Part shown: positions 10,198 to 19,498 of the stretch, one piece after another | Numbering within the stretch: position 1 is the first letter of the stretch | Layout of the letters: each line of letters opens with the position of its first letter | Source: an uncultured Spirochaetota bacterium | GTDB lineage: Bacteria > Spirochaetota > Spirochaetia > SZUA-6 > Fen-1364 | Length of the DNA: 64,000 nt | NCBI GenBank assembly: GCA_963845535.1 | Contig: CAWJSK010000001.1 | Span: forward strand, 96,001-160,000 | Direction of reading: 5' to 3' | The notes under the pieces: generated by a model | What the model saw: only the letters and a program-made list of their open reading frames with translations | Databases searched by the model: none | What the model was told of the DNA's origin: nothing | Position numbers and translations under genes: made by a program

Positions 10198-10797
10198 TCA
10201 GCCCAGGCAGCTCACGAGCTTCACCATCTGCGACGCCATGCGGGCGTCCAGGGAGGCATGACCGAAGAGGAGCCTGTTCCACTTGGCGCCGTAGATCATG
10301 TCGGCAAGCAGCTCGGGGTTCACGTCGGCAGACAGCTCGCCGCGCCCGGCGCCGCGGCGAAGAATCTCTATGAGCCCCGCCCGCCGCGGTCGAATGAAGC
10401 TCTCGACGAATTGCTGCCGGAACTCCTCATCCAGCTGCGCTTCTGCTACCAGTCCTCGGAGGACCGGTCCCGTGGGGCCGTCGAGGGACACGAAGGACGC
10501 GGTGAGGAACGCGCGCAGGTCTGTCAAGAGTGATCCGGTGTCGGGATAGGGAGCTGCGTCCGCGGCGGCCTGGACCGATGCCTCCAGCACCACTGCCGCC
10601 CGCGATGGCCACCACCGATAGATGGTCTGTTTGCCCACCCCGGCCTTTGCCGCAATCTTCTCGATCGTGATTGCCCGGTAACCGATCTCTTCGAGCAACC
10701 CCACTGCGGCTTTCAGGATGGCCCGGTGTGACTGGTCGTTGCGACGCCTGCCCGTCGACGCGCCATGTCCGGCCCCTGCCGCCTTCTTTTCGCTCAT
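10198..10797 (-). CDS. TetR/AcrR family regulator
   Basis: AILKAAVGLLEEIGYRAITIEKIAAKAGVGKQTIYRWWPS, PDTGSL. Confidence 0.93.
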   Translation of the reverse strand: MSEKKAAGAGHGASTGRRRNDQSHRAILKAAVGLLEEIGYRAITIEKIAAKAGVGKQTIYRWWPSRAAVVLEASVQAAADAAPYPDTGSLLTDLRAFLTASFVSLDGPTGPVLRGLVAEAQLDEEFRQQFVESFIRPRRAGLIEILRRGAGRGELSADVNPELLADMIYGAKWNRLLFGHASLDARMASQMVKLVSCLG

Positions 10798-10817
10798 GAC
10801 AGTCCCCTCGAATTCTC

Positions 10818-10876
10818 TTGACGAGACGATACGTATCGTCTATATTCGTTGTGCGACGAAACGATACGGTTCGTCT
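10818..10876 (+). promoter_or_regulatory. Promoter with two TetR operator palindromes
   Basis: TTGACG-17-TATATT; perfect palindrome AGACGATACGTATCGTCT (10824-10841) and a degenerate copy AAACGATACGGTTCGTCT (10859-10876) between divergent tetR and SDR. Confidence 0.8.
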
Positions 10877-10936
10877 CATCATGGCACACCGGGTTCTGCC
10901 ACACAAGGCGGACGCCCCGGGTCGAAAGGAGCGGGC

Positions 10937-11656
10937 ATGGATCTTTCGGGAAAGCGGGTTGCGATCATAGGGGGCGGCTCGGGCATCGGGCTGGCAACGG
11001 CGCGGAGACTGGCACAGAAGGGCGCCAGTGTCATCATCGGCGGGCGACGGAAAGAAGCGGTGGAGAATGCGGTGCGTGAGATCGGCGAAACGGCGCAGGG
11101 GTGGACCGTCGACGCGTCCTCCACCGACGAGCTGCGGGATTTCTACCGACATGCCGGCCGGCTTGACCACCTCGTGGTGACCCTCAGCGGCAATAAGGGC
11201 TTCGGTGGGGTCAGGACCATGGATCTTGCCTTTCTCCGCGAAGCGCTCAACGCAAAGGTCTGGCCGCAGCTCATGGCACTGCAGGCGGGACTCGATGTAT
11301 TGGACGGTCACGGATCAGTGACTCTCGTGTCGGCAGCCTCCGCTGGCGCTCCCATACCCGGGGCCTTCGGCCTGGCAGGCATAAACGGCGCAATCGAGGC
11401 CATGATTCCTTCCCTGGCCGTCGAGCTGAAGCCTCTCCGCGTGAACGCGGTCTCTCCGGGGATTGTCGACACCGCGTGGTGGGACTTCATGCAGGCGGAA
11501 GAGAAGAAGGCGTTCCTGGCGCAGAACGGGGCCTCCCTTCCCGTCGGAAGGGTCGGGGCACCTGACGACGTGGCCCGGGCCATCGAGCTGGTCGTCGTTA
11601 ACGGCTTCATGACGGGAGCCGTTGTCCGTTGCGATGGAGGCGCCCGCCTGTTGTGA
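10937..11656 (+). CDS. SDR family oxidoreductase
   Basis: IIGGGSGIG, RVNAVSPGIVDT, PVGRVG; RBS AAGGAG; start ATG 10937. Confidence 0.9.
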   Translation: MDLSGKRVAIIGGGSGIGLATARRLAQKGASVIIGGRRKEAVENAVREIGETAQGWTVDASSTDELRDFYRHAGRLDHLVVTLSGNKGFGGVRTMDLAFLREALNAKVWPQLMALQAGLDVLDGHGSVTLVSAASAGAPIPGAFGLAGINGAIEAMIPSLAVELKPLRVNAVSPGIVDTAWWDFMQAEEKKAFLAQNGASLPVGRVGAPDDVARAIELVVVNGFMTGAVVRCDGGARLL

Positions 11657-12120
11657 CACCGATCCGGGAGCAAATCATCCTCATCACCGGTTCAACCGAC
11701 GGTCTGGGAAAGGCCACGGCCCGGGAGTTTGCGGCCCGGGGAGCCATCGTGCTCATCCACGGCAGGAGCGCCGAGCGCATCGAGGCGACTCTCGGGGAGA
11801 TCGCTACGGCTACCGGGAAGCCGAAGGGCCAGGGCTACTGCGCCGACCTCGCAGACCTGCGCCAGGTGCGGCGGCTGGCGCGCGAGGTGGTTGGGGGCCA
11901 GACCCGGCTCGACCTCCTCATCAACAACGCGGGGATCGGCGCCGGCAACATGGACAAGCCGCGTCGGGAGACGAGCGTGGACGGCTACGAGCTTCGCTTT
12001 GCTGTCAACTATCTGTCGCACTTCCACCTCACTCTCGAGCTCGTGCCGTTGCTCGAGGCAGGGGCTCCGTCGCGCATCGTAAACGTCGCTTCGGTGGGGC
12101 AGGAAGCGCTCGATTTCTGA
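11653..12120 (+). pseudogene. SDR oxidoreductase, C-terminally truncated
   Basis: ITGSTDGLG, LINNAG, RIVNVASVGQ, then stop before the catalytic YxxxK. Confidence 0.75.
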
Positions 12121-12607
12121 AGAAGAGACTTCTATTGCGCGGTGAATCGGCGGACGGTATGATAGTGAACGTGAACTGAGTGCGTGCCGCTTCGCAGAAG
12201 AGTACTGGCCTGGGCTCTTTCGAAGGGCATCATGAAGAAGGCTGCGCTCTCCTTTTCCCGTTTTCGCTCGGCACCGCTACCACGGAAGCGCCTTCCCGGT
12301 GACACGCCTGCTCTTGTCCTGCCTGTTGTCGCCCCTCGATTGTTTTCAGCACGACAGACGCATCCTGCCGAGCGCCACTCATGCTTGGCCGATCCGGAGT
12401 TGCAGTTGCTCCGCCTGCAAACCCAGGTTGTTACGCGCAACTTGCGTTGCAGAAGTGGGAATGCCGCATTGCGCCTCCCAATCTTGATAGATCCTTTCCG
12501 CAAAAAGAAATGGCGCTACCTGATCTTCTTGGCATGCCCTTTGCACTTCCGGATGGAGTCGTCGAGCTGCATGCGAAAGGTTGAATGGGAGGAAGGATAG
12601 AACGGCC

Positions 12608-13553
12608 ATGGGTCATGCGCTTGCTTCTGCCTACTTCGTCACGATTGTCGCCGGATTCGTAGTGGTCACCCTCAGCCTGTTGTTGCACGCGCGTTTTGCG
12701 AGTCCCGCATACTTGTACTGGGCCTTGACCATGCTCGGCGGGACCTTGCTGATCATGGCGAAAGCCTCGACGCATTACCTGAGTTTGACGGGAAGCGGTA
12801 CCCGCCTGTACCTTCTCCTGTCGTTCTTCATCTTCGGCCTGTCCGGAGAACTGTTGCTCGGGTACTGTGTGCCTCGAGTTGCCCACGGTGTAACAGGCAG
12901 ACGTATTCCAGCGGTCCAAGGCGCTCTCTATCTTCTGGTCGTAGCGGGGCTCGGAGCTCTTGTCGTGATCGAAGGGCTGACCGGAGATCAGGTTGTGGCG
13001 GCCATCCGCATAATCATCAGGATCGCCTGGATAGGGTACGGGTACGCTGTCCTGATTTCAGGCACTCGCACCATGACCGACAGAAACCAGCGAGCGGTCA
13101 TTCGCGCATTTCTGACGACTGGTTTGATCGTCTTGCCCATCATGCTTGCAACAGAACTCGACTCTCTTCTCCTCCCCAATGGCGTCGTCTTGCGTGGGAT
13201 TCCTGCCGCGTCGTTGCTCTGGTTGTCCGCCTATTCTGCGCTCAGCATCATGCTCATCGTCCGCTTCATCTTTGGTCCCCAGGACAGGATTGACGGGCCG
13301 GTGCCGGATCTTTTCGCGAAGGCATTCAACATCTCCGACCGCGAGCGTGAAATCATCCGACTTCATCCTCCAGGGCAACACGGAGGCCCGCATCGGCGAC
13401 CTCCTGTTCATTTCCCGCCGGACCGTGGTGAATCACGTCTACAATATCTATCGCAAGACGGGTGTGAGAAATCGCGTCCAGTTGATAAACCTCGTCAACA
13501 GCTATGCGCTGTCGGACCAGGGTCGATGGCTTTTTTTCTCGCAGCCAAAATGA
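12608..13553 (+). CDS. Membrane-anchored LuxR-family regulator (multi-TM sensor + HTH), +1 frameshift near 13363
   Basis: About 7 hydrophobic helices, then FNISDREREIIR continuing in the next frame as ILQGNTEARIGDLLFISRRTVVNHVYNIYRKTGVRNRVQL. Confidence 0.85.
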
Positions 13554-13584
13554 TCGTTCCAGGAACAGAGTGCCGACTTCGCGG

Positions 13585-13625
13585 ATGCCGAATGAGAAGT
13601 TCTCTCTATTGAAGAGTCTCCAGGC
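13585..13625 (+). repeat. 41-bp direct repeat, copy 1 (promoter with inverted-repeat box)
   Basis: ATGCCGAATGAGAAGTTCTCTCTATTGAAGAGTCTCCAGGC; 38/41 identical to 15054-15094. Confidence 0.85.
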
Positions 13626-13747
13626 GCTCCGCGAGAATATGCCAGGATCAAAGGCGAAACGACTCTCGTTGCAGCGACGGCTGACGCGACGATCTCGCAC
13701 CACGGGGGACGGCGAAACACGCCGCGGACTGCAGAAAGGAGGGTCCG

Positions 13748-14086
13748 TTGAATCGATCGAAGGTCGTTGTTCTCTGCGGATCAGCGCGATTTACCGAGCA
13801 GATGCTGATCAAACAATGGGAATGTGCGCGTGTGGGGATTATTGCCCTCGGATGGTGTGTACTTCCCGATTCCGATCACGCGCTGGCGTGCGAGCACGCG
13901 AACGTCAGGAAAATCATCGACGAGCTCCACCTGCGCCAGATTGACCTGGCGGATGAGGTATTCGTTCTGAATATCGGCGGATGCATCGATGTGTCGACCC
14001 AGGATGAGATCAACTACGCCTACGCACAGGGCAAGCCCGTGATCTATCAGGAAGTGCCCGAATTCCTCCGGATCGGGGAATACTGA
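13748..14086 (+). CDS. Small nucleoside 2-deoxyribosyltransferase-like protein
   Basis: VVLCGSARF...LHLRQIDLADEVFVLNIGG...ST..EI.YA...GKPV pattern; RBS GGAGGG. Confidence 0.6.
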   Translation: MNRSKVVVLCGSARFTEQMLIKQWECARVGIIALGWCVLPDSDHALACEHANVRKIIDELHLRQIDLADEVFVLNIGGCIDVSTQDEINYAYAQGKPVIYQEVPEFLRIGEY

Positions 14087-14118
14087 ACGAGGGACCGGCA
14101 ACGAAAACCATCGCGACG

Positions 14119-14595
14119 ATGCGCGCCTCAGGGCTGTCCGGGGAGATCACCGTCGACGGCCGCAGAAACTGCGGCAGTGTTGGATCCTTGTCGGAAGGCG
14201 TGTATCCTGTACGAAGGCCGTCCCTCCTGGGCACGATTCTCGGCTCTCCGTTCGGGGCGCGGACCTCCAGGGCGACCCTGAGAGCGCTCGGCCGCGCGGC
14301 TATTGCGGCGGTCGAGGAGGTCCCGGGTGAGCCCTACTTGCGGGTGCGGCTGCGCGGAGTCGATCGCACGCTGTGGTGGCCCTTGCCAATCGATCGCGAA
14401 TCCCTCTACATCGTAGCGCAGGAGCAGGCCTACCCGCGGAACCCGCACACCGAGATCCCGCAATCCGTTGTGCGTCCAGATGATGTTGTCCTGGATTGCG
14501 GCGCAGCGGAAGGACTGCTCAGCCTGCGCGTGACCATCATGACAAAAGGAGTCGTTCCGACGACGGGCGCGCCGTTTATGCTGCATGCCTGGTAG
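14119..14595 (+). pseudogene. Truncated FkbM-like SAM methyltransferase
   Basis: VRPDDVVLDCGAAEGLLSL SAM motif I, ORF ends shortly after. Confidence 0.5.
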
Positions 14596-14635
14596 AAGGT
14601 ATGCCCGAACCGCTCCAGGAAAGGAGGCCAATCCG

Positions 14636-15022
14636 GTGGCGAAGACACTTGGCTTGTTTTTGGTTCTATCAGCGATGGCGTCCACCCAACTGATCCATGC
14701 CCAATCGCTGGTAGGGGCATGGGTTTCCGGGCACATCATCCTTGTGCTTGCCAATTTCAGCATCACGTTCGATCCTGACGGTACCTATGAGCTGGGTTGC
14801 ATTCTTGGAAAAGCAATGGGGACCTACAGGGTTGAAGAAGAGAAGATCATTTTCACTCCCCAAAAAAGCGATATCACAGATGCAAAGGCAAATGACCTGG
14901 GAAGCGTCAATATCTATGCATACCAATTTGCAGACGAGAATACTCTTTCTCTCAGCAGTGGATGGGTCAATGTAACCCTGACCAGGAAAGAAGCCCATGA
15001 AGGGAATGGCAACCCGGAATGA
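14636..15022 (+). CDS. Small exported beta-rich hypothetical protein (lipocalin-like)
   Basis: RBS AAGGAGG, signal-like N-terminus, LVGAW...ITFDPDGTY...GTYRVE; locally lower GC. Confidence 0.6.
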   Translation: MAKTLGLFLVLSAMASTQLIHAQSLVGAWVSGHIILVLANFSITFDPDGTYELGCILGKAMGTYRVEEEKIIFTPQKSDITDAKANDLGSVNIYAYQFADENTLSLSSGWVNVTLTRKEAHEGNGNPE

Positions 15023-15053
15023 GGGGCTCTGATACCATTGTCCCATCTCCCGC

Positions 15054-15094
15054 ATGCCGAATGAGAATTTCTCTCTATTGAAGAATTTCCAGGC
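15054..15094 (+). repeat. 41-bp direct repeat, copy 2 (promoter of the radical SAM operon)
   Basis: ATGCCGAATGAGAATTTCTCTCTATTGAAGAATTTCCAGGC; TTGAAG then TAGGAT 18 bp later. Confidence 0.85.
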
Positions 15095-15175
15095 AGCTCG
15101 CTAGGATAATGATGCCCTTGGAGCGTTTGTGATGCTCTGATCGGGCCCGTCCAGGGTTGACCAAAGGAGGTAGGT

Positions 15176-16465
15176 ATGGGTTTCTATAACACTGACAATT
15201 GGCCGGAAAAGTCGGAGTACTATCGGTGGCCATGGTCAGGCAATGACAACCCCGTGCAATGGCTGGAAGTCACGGACCTCTGCAACATCCACTGCAAAGG
15301 CTGCTACCGTTCGCACATGGAAGGCCACAGGCCACTCGAGGTCTTGAAGGAAGAAGTCGATTTCTGCATCAAGAACCGGAACATCGACACGGTCTGCATT
15401 GCCGGAGGCGAGCCGCTGATCTATCCCGATATCATCACGCTCGTCCGCTACATCTCCGACCGGAAGCTGAAGGCCAACATTATCACCAACACCCAGGCAA
15501 TGACCGAGAAGCTCGTCGGCGAGCTTCTCGAGGCCGGGATCTATGGTTTCACCTGTCATGTCGACATGGTTCAGGAGAGACCCAACCAGCCCACGGCATC
15601 CTCTGAGCTTGAGCTGATGCCGAAGCGGCAGCAGATAGCCGATCTCATCTACAAGGCGGGAAGGGGCAGAATCTACGTCACCTTCAACACGACCGTCTAC
15701 CATGAGAACTTCAAGTACATCCCTGACATCGTGTCGTGGGCACAGAAGAACGTGGAGAAGGTCTCGGGGCTGGATTTCGTCACCTACCGGGGAATCCCGT
15801 TGGGAAAGAAAGTGACGTGGGACGTCGAAGACGAACGCGGAGCCACCGATCTCAGCAAGACCTTCGGATATACCGACAACTATCAGCAGATCGACATCAC
15901 CTCCGTCGATGTCTACAACATCATCAAGGATCATCTGGGAAGCGTGTTCGAACCGTGCGCATACCTCGGAGGCACGGGGGACGTGAGGCAATACAAGTGG
16001 TGGGGCCAGGCTTCCATCATCGAGCGGGACGGAAGAATCCACGGATCGATCGGCCCTAGATTCATGGAGTTGCTGCAGATCGGCCATCACTGGTTTACGG
16101 GCAAGTACTTCATGTACCTCAGGAAAAACCGGGCTCCGCGGATCGTGATTCTGCTCACCGCGCTCATCGGGGACAAGAAAATGAGAAACGCCCGATGGAG
16201 CATCCTCAAGGGCTTGATCAACCCGCTCACCTGGTTCCGCCAGATCCGCTTCCAGAGCATCGGGATCAATCAGCCTCCCGACATGCTTGAGAACGGAATG
16301 GCCTGCATGTGCGAGAGCTGCCCTGATGCCTGCGTCTGGAAAGGGAACCTCGTCAGCTCGTGCCGCCTGGACGAGTACCGGCGTTTCGGCAAGCTGATGA
16401 GCGCGATCGCCCACGAAGACGAGCGTGAAAGCCGCAAAGAAGCCCTTGTCGTGGACAGGGCATGA
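15176..16465 (+). CDS. Radical SAM protein of unknown function
   Basis: CNIHCKGC (CxxxCxxC), AGGEP, Cys-rich C-terminus CMCESCPDAC...SSC; RBS AAGGAGG. Confidence 0.92.
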   Translation: MGFYNTDNWPEKSEYYRWPWSGNDNPVQWLEVTDLCNIHCKGCYRSHMEGHRPLEVLKEEVDFCIKNRNIDTVCIAGGEPLIYPDIITLVRYISDRKLKANIITNTQAMTEKLVGELLEAGIYGFTCHVDMVQERPNQPTASSELELMPKRQQIADLIYKAGRGRIYVTFNTTVYHENFKYIPDIVSWAQKNVEKVSGLDFVTYRGIPLGKKVTWDVEDERGATDLSKTFGYTDNYQQIDITSVDVYNIIKDHLGSVFEPCAYLGGTGDVRQYKWWGQASIIERDGRIHGSIGPRFMELLQIGHHWFTGKYFMYLRKNRAPRIVILLTALIGDKKMRNARWSILKGLINPLTWFRQIRFQSIGINQPPDMLENGMACMCESCPDACVWKGNLVSSCRLDEYRRFGKLMSAIAHEDERESRKEALVVDRA

Positions 16466-17259
16466 AGGCGCTGAATCCGGTTCAGTTCATCGAGGCCCTC
16501 AAGGGCCTGCTGGATGGGAAAGTCGACATTCCCGAAACGCAGGCCGATAATCAGCTCCTGAAGGTCCTTTTGGCGCGTCGGTCCGTGCGCAGCTTTCAGA
16601 AGAAGGACATCCCCGACGACGTGCTTCGCGTCATCCTGGAGGCAGGACGCCTCGCGCCCAGCACGGTCAATCTCCAGTCCTGGGCTTTCGGGGCCTTCGA
16701 CCAACGGACGTGGCAGCAGACCTTCGGCAGGCCGTTGCCCTTCAAGGGAAACAAGGCCGTCATCGTCATCGCGGACCTTCACCGTGCGCGGCTGGTTCTC
16801 GATGAGTTTCCCTTCCGACCCCTGGTCGAATATACCCTCGGGGTGATAAACGCGAGCATTGCCGCGTATGCGATGAATGTCGCTGCGGAGGCGTGCGGCG
16901 TCTCCTCGGTCATGCTCTCGGAAACGGGTGAAAGCGGGTTCTACGACGCGCTCTCCCTCAAGAAGAAGCTCCGCCTGCCCGACGGAGTAGTACCTATCAT
17001 GACCATCGTCTTCGGCTATCCAGCGGCACGGCCCCGGGGGATGCCGCCCAAGCTCCCGCTCTCCGAAATCACGTTCACCGGTCGGTACAAGGAGCCTGAC
17101 GCCAAGGCTGCGAAGCGGTGGCTGGATCAGATGAGAGCCGGCTATCGCGCCCTGTACGTGACAAGGTCCTTCCAGGGACAGATCAGGCACTACCTTTCGA
17201 AGGTCGATCAAGCCGAAGCGGGATTGCGCAAGCTCATCTTTTACAAGAAGTCCTCGTAG
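16462..17259 (+). CDS. Nitroreductase family protein
   Basis: RRSVRSF, EAGRLAPSTVNLQSW, FGYP. Confidence 0.9.
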   Translation: MKALNPVQFIEALKGLLDGKVDIPETQADNQLLKVLLARRSVRSFQKKDIPDDVLRVILEAGRLAPSTVNLQSWAFGAFDQRTWQQTFGRPLPFKGNKAVIVIADLHRARLVLDEFPFRPLVEYTLGVINASIAAYAMNVAAEACGVSSVMLSETGESGFYDALSLKKKLRLPDGVVPIMTIVFGYPAARPRGMPPKLPLSEITFTGRYKEPDAKAAKRWLDQMRAGYRALYVTRSFQGQIRHYLSKVDQAEAGLRKLIFYKKSS

Positions 17260-17270
17260 AGGTCAGTACG

Positions 17271-18044
17271 ATGACCAGGAAAATAGTGGTGAGTGATTCA
17301 ACGACTCGCGATCCTGACGCAATGCCGAAAATCACTTGCATCATACCGGCGTACGGCGAGGAGGAAAGAATTGCCCGCGTCCTGAGGGTCGTCGAAAGCC
17401 ACCCGTGGATCAGCGAGATCATTGTCGTGGTGGAGGGTACTGACAACACCGCGGCCGTGGCCGGAACGTTCAAGCGCGTCAAGCTGCTTGACCTCGGCGA
17501 CAAGCGGCTCGGAAAGAGTCATGCCGTCATGAAAGGACTTGAGGTTGCGCGTCACGATATCATCATGATGCTGGATGCCGACCTGCTCGGGCTGACACAC
17601 GACAACTTGTCCGCGCTTATGCTGCCGGTCCTCAACGGAGAAGTGGACGTCACGATGAGCTTGCGCCGGAATTCGCTTCTCTTCTTCCGCGTCATAGGCG
17701 TCGACTTCGTCAGCGGTGAACGGGTGTTCCGCAAAGAGGTGCTCGATGATTACGAGCGGCTTGCGACCCATCCGGGTTACGGCCTCGAAGTCTTCTTCAA
17801 TCAAGAGGTTATTGACCACAAACACAAGATGCTTGTCGTGTATTGGCGCAATGTCCGTTCGATCAGAGTGGAAGAAAAGTACGGCTTTTTCTACGGACTC
17901 AGGCTCGACTGGGAACATTTCCGAGAAGGCTATGCGACCCTTACCTTAGGCTCTTTTCTTCACCAACTATGGAGTCTGCGCGGCAACTCAACGCGCTCGC
18001 GCAAACGCATGGTCGCCAGCCGGAACAAACAAAGGAGAGGCTGA
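17271..18044 (+). CDS. GT2 glycosyltransferase (alternative start 17322)
   Basis: CIIPAYGEE, GKSHAVMKG, MLDADL, SGER. Confidence 0.88.
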   Translation: MTRKIVVSDSTTRDPDAMPKITCIIPAYGEEERIARVLRVVESHPWISEIIVVVEGTDNTAAVAGTFKRVKLLDLGDKRLGKSHAVMKGLEVARHDIIMMLDADLLGLTHDNLSALMLPVLNGEVDVTMSLRRNSLLFFRVIGVDFVSGERVFRKEVLDDYERLATHPGYGLEVFFNQEVIDHKHKMLVVYWRNVRSIRVEEKYGFFYGLRLDWEHFREGYATLTLGSFLHQLWSLRGNSTRSRKRMVASRNKQRRG

Positions 18045-18096
18045 CCCTCCATTTCTCAAACGTAGCGCTCTCTCATCGCGTCGCGGGCCGGCTGAG

Positions 18097-18489
18097 TGAT
18101 AGGCAAATCAATTTCCTGACGGAAGAGTGAATTTCCTGACGGAAGGGCTTCCGGGAGGATGAGCGCGTCGGCGGGGGATCTCTTTGCTTCCCAGCGGGCG
18201 TGATCGAAGTATCCGGGACGGGACTTTGAGGAGGGGCGGCCTTCCGTTGATCAGTGGAGCCCGGCTGGATCGGCAACCGTGGATAGTAGCCCTCCGTCGG
18301 AGGGCATGGTCCCAGCAGTGGCGGAACGGGGGGTTGTGCAGGTTCTCAGCCCAGGGAGCCGGGATCGAGTCCCGGCGGTGCCCTTCCTACCTTGAGAAGG
18401 TGACGCAGGATCGTGCGTACCTCGGAGGGGTCAGTGATGACCGCTATGAGCTTCATCTCGGATCCGCAACGGGGGCAGGTCAGCGGAAC
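18097..18489 (-). mobile_element. IS91/ISCR-family remnant: transposase C-terminus (18346-18489) plus oriIS-like end
   Basis: Minus strand PLTCPRCGSEMKLIAVITDPSEVRTILRHL..RAPP (not in the ORF track); terminal AAATTGATTTGCCTATC resembles oriIS; 16-bp tandem repeat AATTTCCTGACGGAAG at 18110 and 18130. Confidence 0.75.
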
Positions 18490-18490
18490 C

Positions 18491-18517
18491 GGTCACATTC
18501 CCGTGCCGTGCGCGGTC
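18491..18517 (+). promoter_or_regulatory. ECF41-type promoter
   Basis: GGTCACA-N16-GGTC versus the known ECF41 consensus TGTCACA-N16-CGTC, directly upstream of the ECF gene. Confidence 0.6.
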
Positions 18518-18559
18518 ATTCCATTGTACGCACGGCGGAAGAAAGGATAGGAGGGTTCC

Positions 18560-19459
18560 AAGACGCAGCACGATCACGCGAACGACATCAAGTGGCTGGC
18601 CGAGCGCTTCGAGGAACACCGGAGCCGCCTGGGGGCAGTTGCCTACCGGATGCTCGGCTCGCTCGGCGACGCCGAGGACGCGGTCCAGGAGGCCTGGCTG
18701 CGCCTGGGCCGCTCGGACGCGGGCGAGATCGAGAACCTGGGAGGGTGGTTGACGACCGTCGTTGCCCGGGTCTGCCTGAACATGCTCGAGGCACGCGGCA
18801 GACGCCGCGAGCAGCCGCTGAACGCACACGTGCCGGATCCCGTCGTTACGCTCGAAGACCGTCTGGACCCCGAGCAAGAGATGCTCCTGGCCGACTCGGT
18901 CGGACTGGCGTTGCTCGTGATCCTTGACACGCTGCGGCCCGCCGAGCGGCTCGCGTTCGTTCTCCACGACATGTTCGACCTGTCGTTCGATGAGATCGCG
19001 CCGATCGTCGGGCGCTCGCCGATGGCGGCCCGCCAGCTCGCAAGCCGCGCGCGCCGCCGGGTACGGGGCGCCCGGCTGCCCGAACCGCACGCCGAGGCGG
19101 ACCGGGCGGTGGCGAATGCCTTCCTGGCCGCCGCGCGCGACGGGGACTTCGCGGCGCTGCTCCGGGTGCTCGACCCGGACGTGGTCCTCCGCGCCGACGC
19201 CGGCGCTGTCCCCTCTGGGGTCCCGCGCGTGGTCCGCGGCGCCGCGGCGGTGGCAAAGCAGGCCGTCGCCTTCGGGAAGCGGCTCGGGCCACTGGCGCGG
19301 GCGGCGCTCGTGAACGGGACCGCCGTGATCGTCGCCATCGGTCCCGATGGGAGACCGCTCTCGGTTCTGGGGATCAGCGCGTCCGGCGGGAAGATCGTCG
19401 AGATCGACATCCTCGCCGACCCCGCGCGTCTCAGCCGCATGCGGTTCGAGGCTCCGTGA
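18560..19459 (+). CDS. ECF41/SigJ-like sigma factor with C-terminal SnoaL-like domain; AAG at the expected start position
   Basis: WLAERFEEHRSRLGAVAYRMLGSLGDAEDAVQEAWLR, ERLAFVLHD, RQLASRARR, LDPDVVLRAD, VNG; RBS GGAGGG then AAG in frame at 18560; first ATG at 18650. Confidence 0.88.
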   Translation, partial: KTQHDHANDIKWLAERFEEHRSRLGAVAYRMLGSLGDAEDAVQEAWLRLGRSDAGEIENLGGWLTTVVARVCLNMLEARGRRREQPLNAHVPDPVVTLEDRLDPEQEMLLADSVGLALLVILDTLRPAERLAFVLHDMFDLSFDEIAPIVGRSPMAARQLASRARRRVRGARLPEPHAEADRAVANAFLAAARDGDFAALLRVLDPDVVLRADAGAVPSGVPRVVRGAAAVAKQAVAFGKRLGPLARAALVNGTAVIVAIGPDGRPLSVLGISASGGKIVEIDILADPARLSRMRFEAP

Positions 19460-19498
19460 TGGCTCGTCGGTGTCACCTTGAGGGAAGGAGAGAAGGCA

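Noticed and set aside
12132..12600. Several 60-140 aa ORFs between the truncated SDR and LuxR
   Set aside because: No recognisable motifs or convincing RBS; left unannotated
13585..15094. 41-bp repeats as integron attC sites or CRISPR repeats
   Set aside because: No RYYYAAC/GTTRRRY cores, no integrase, only two copies 1.47 kb apart; they look like promoters
18110..18145. Tandem repeat as a CRISPR array
   Set aside because: Only two 16-bp units with a 4-bp gap, no cas genes; part of the IS91-like end
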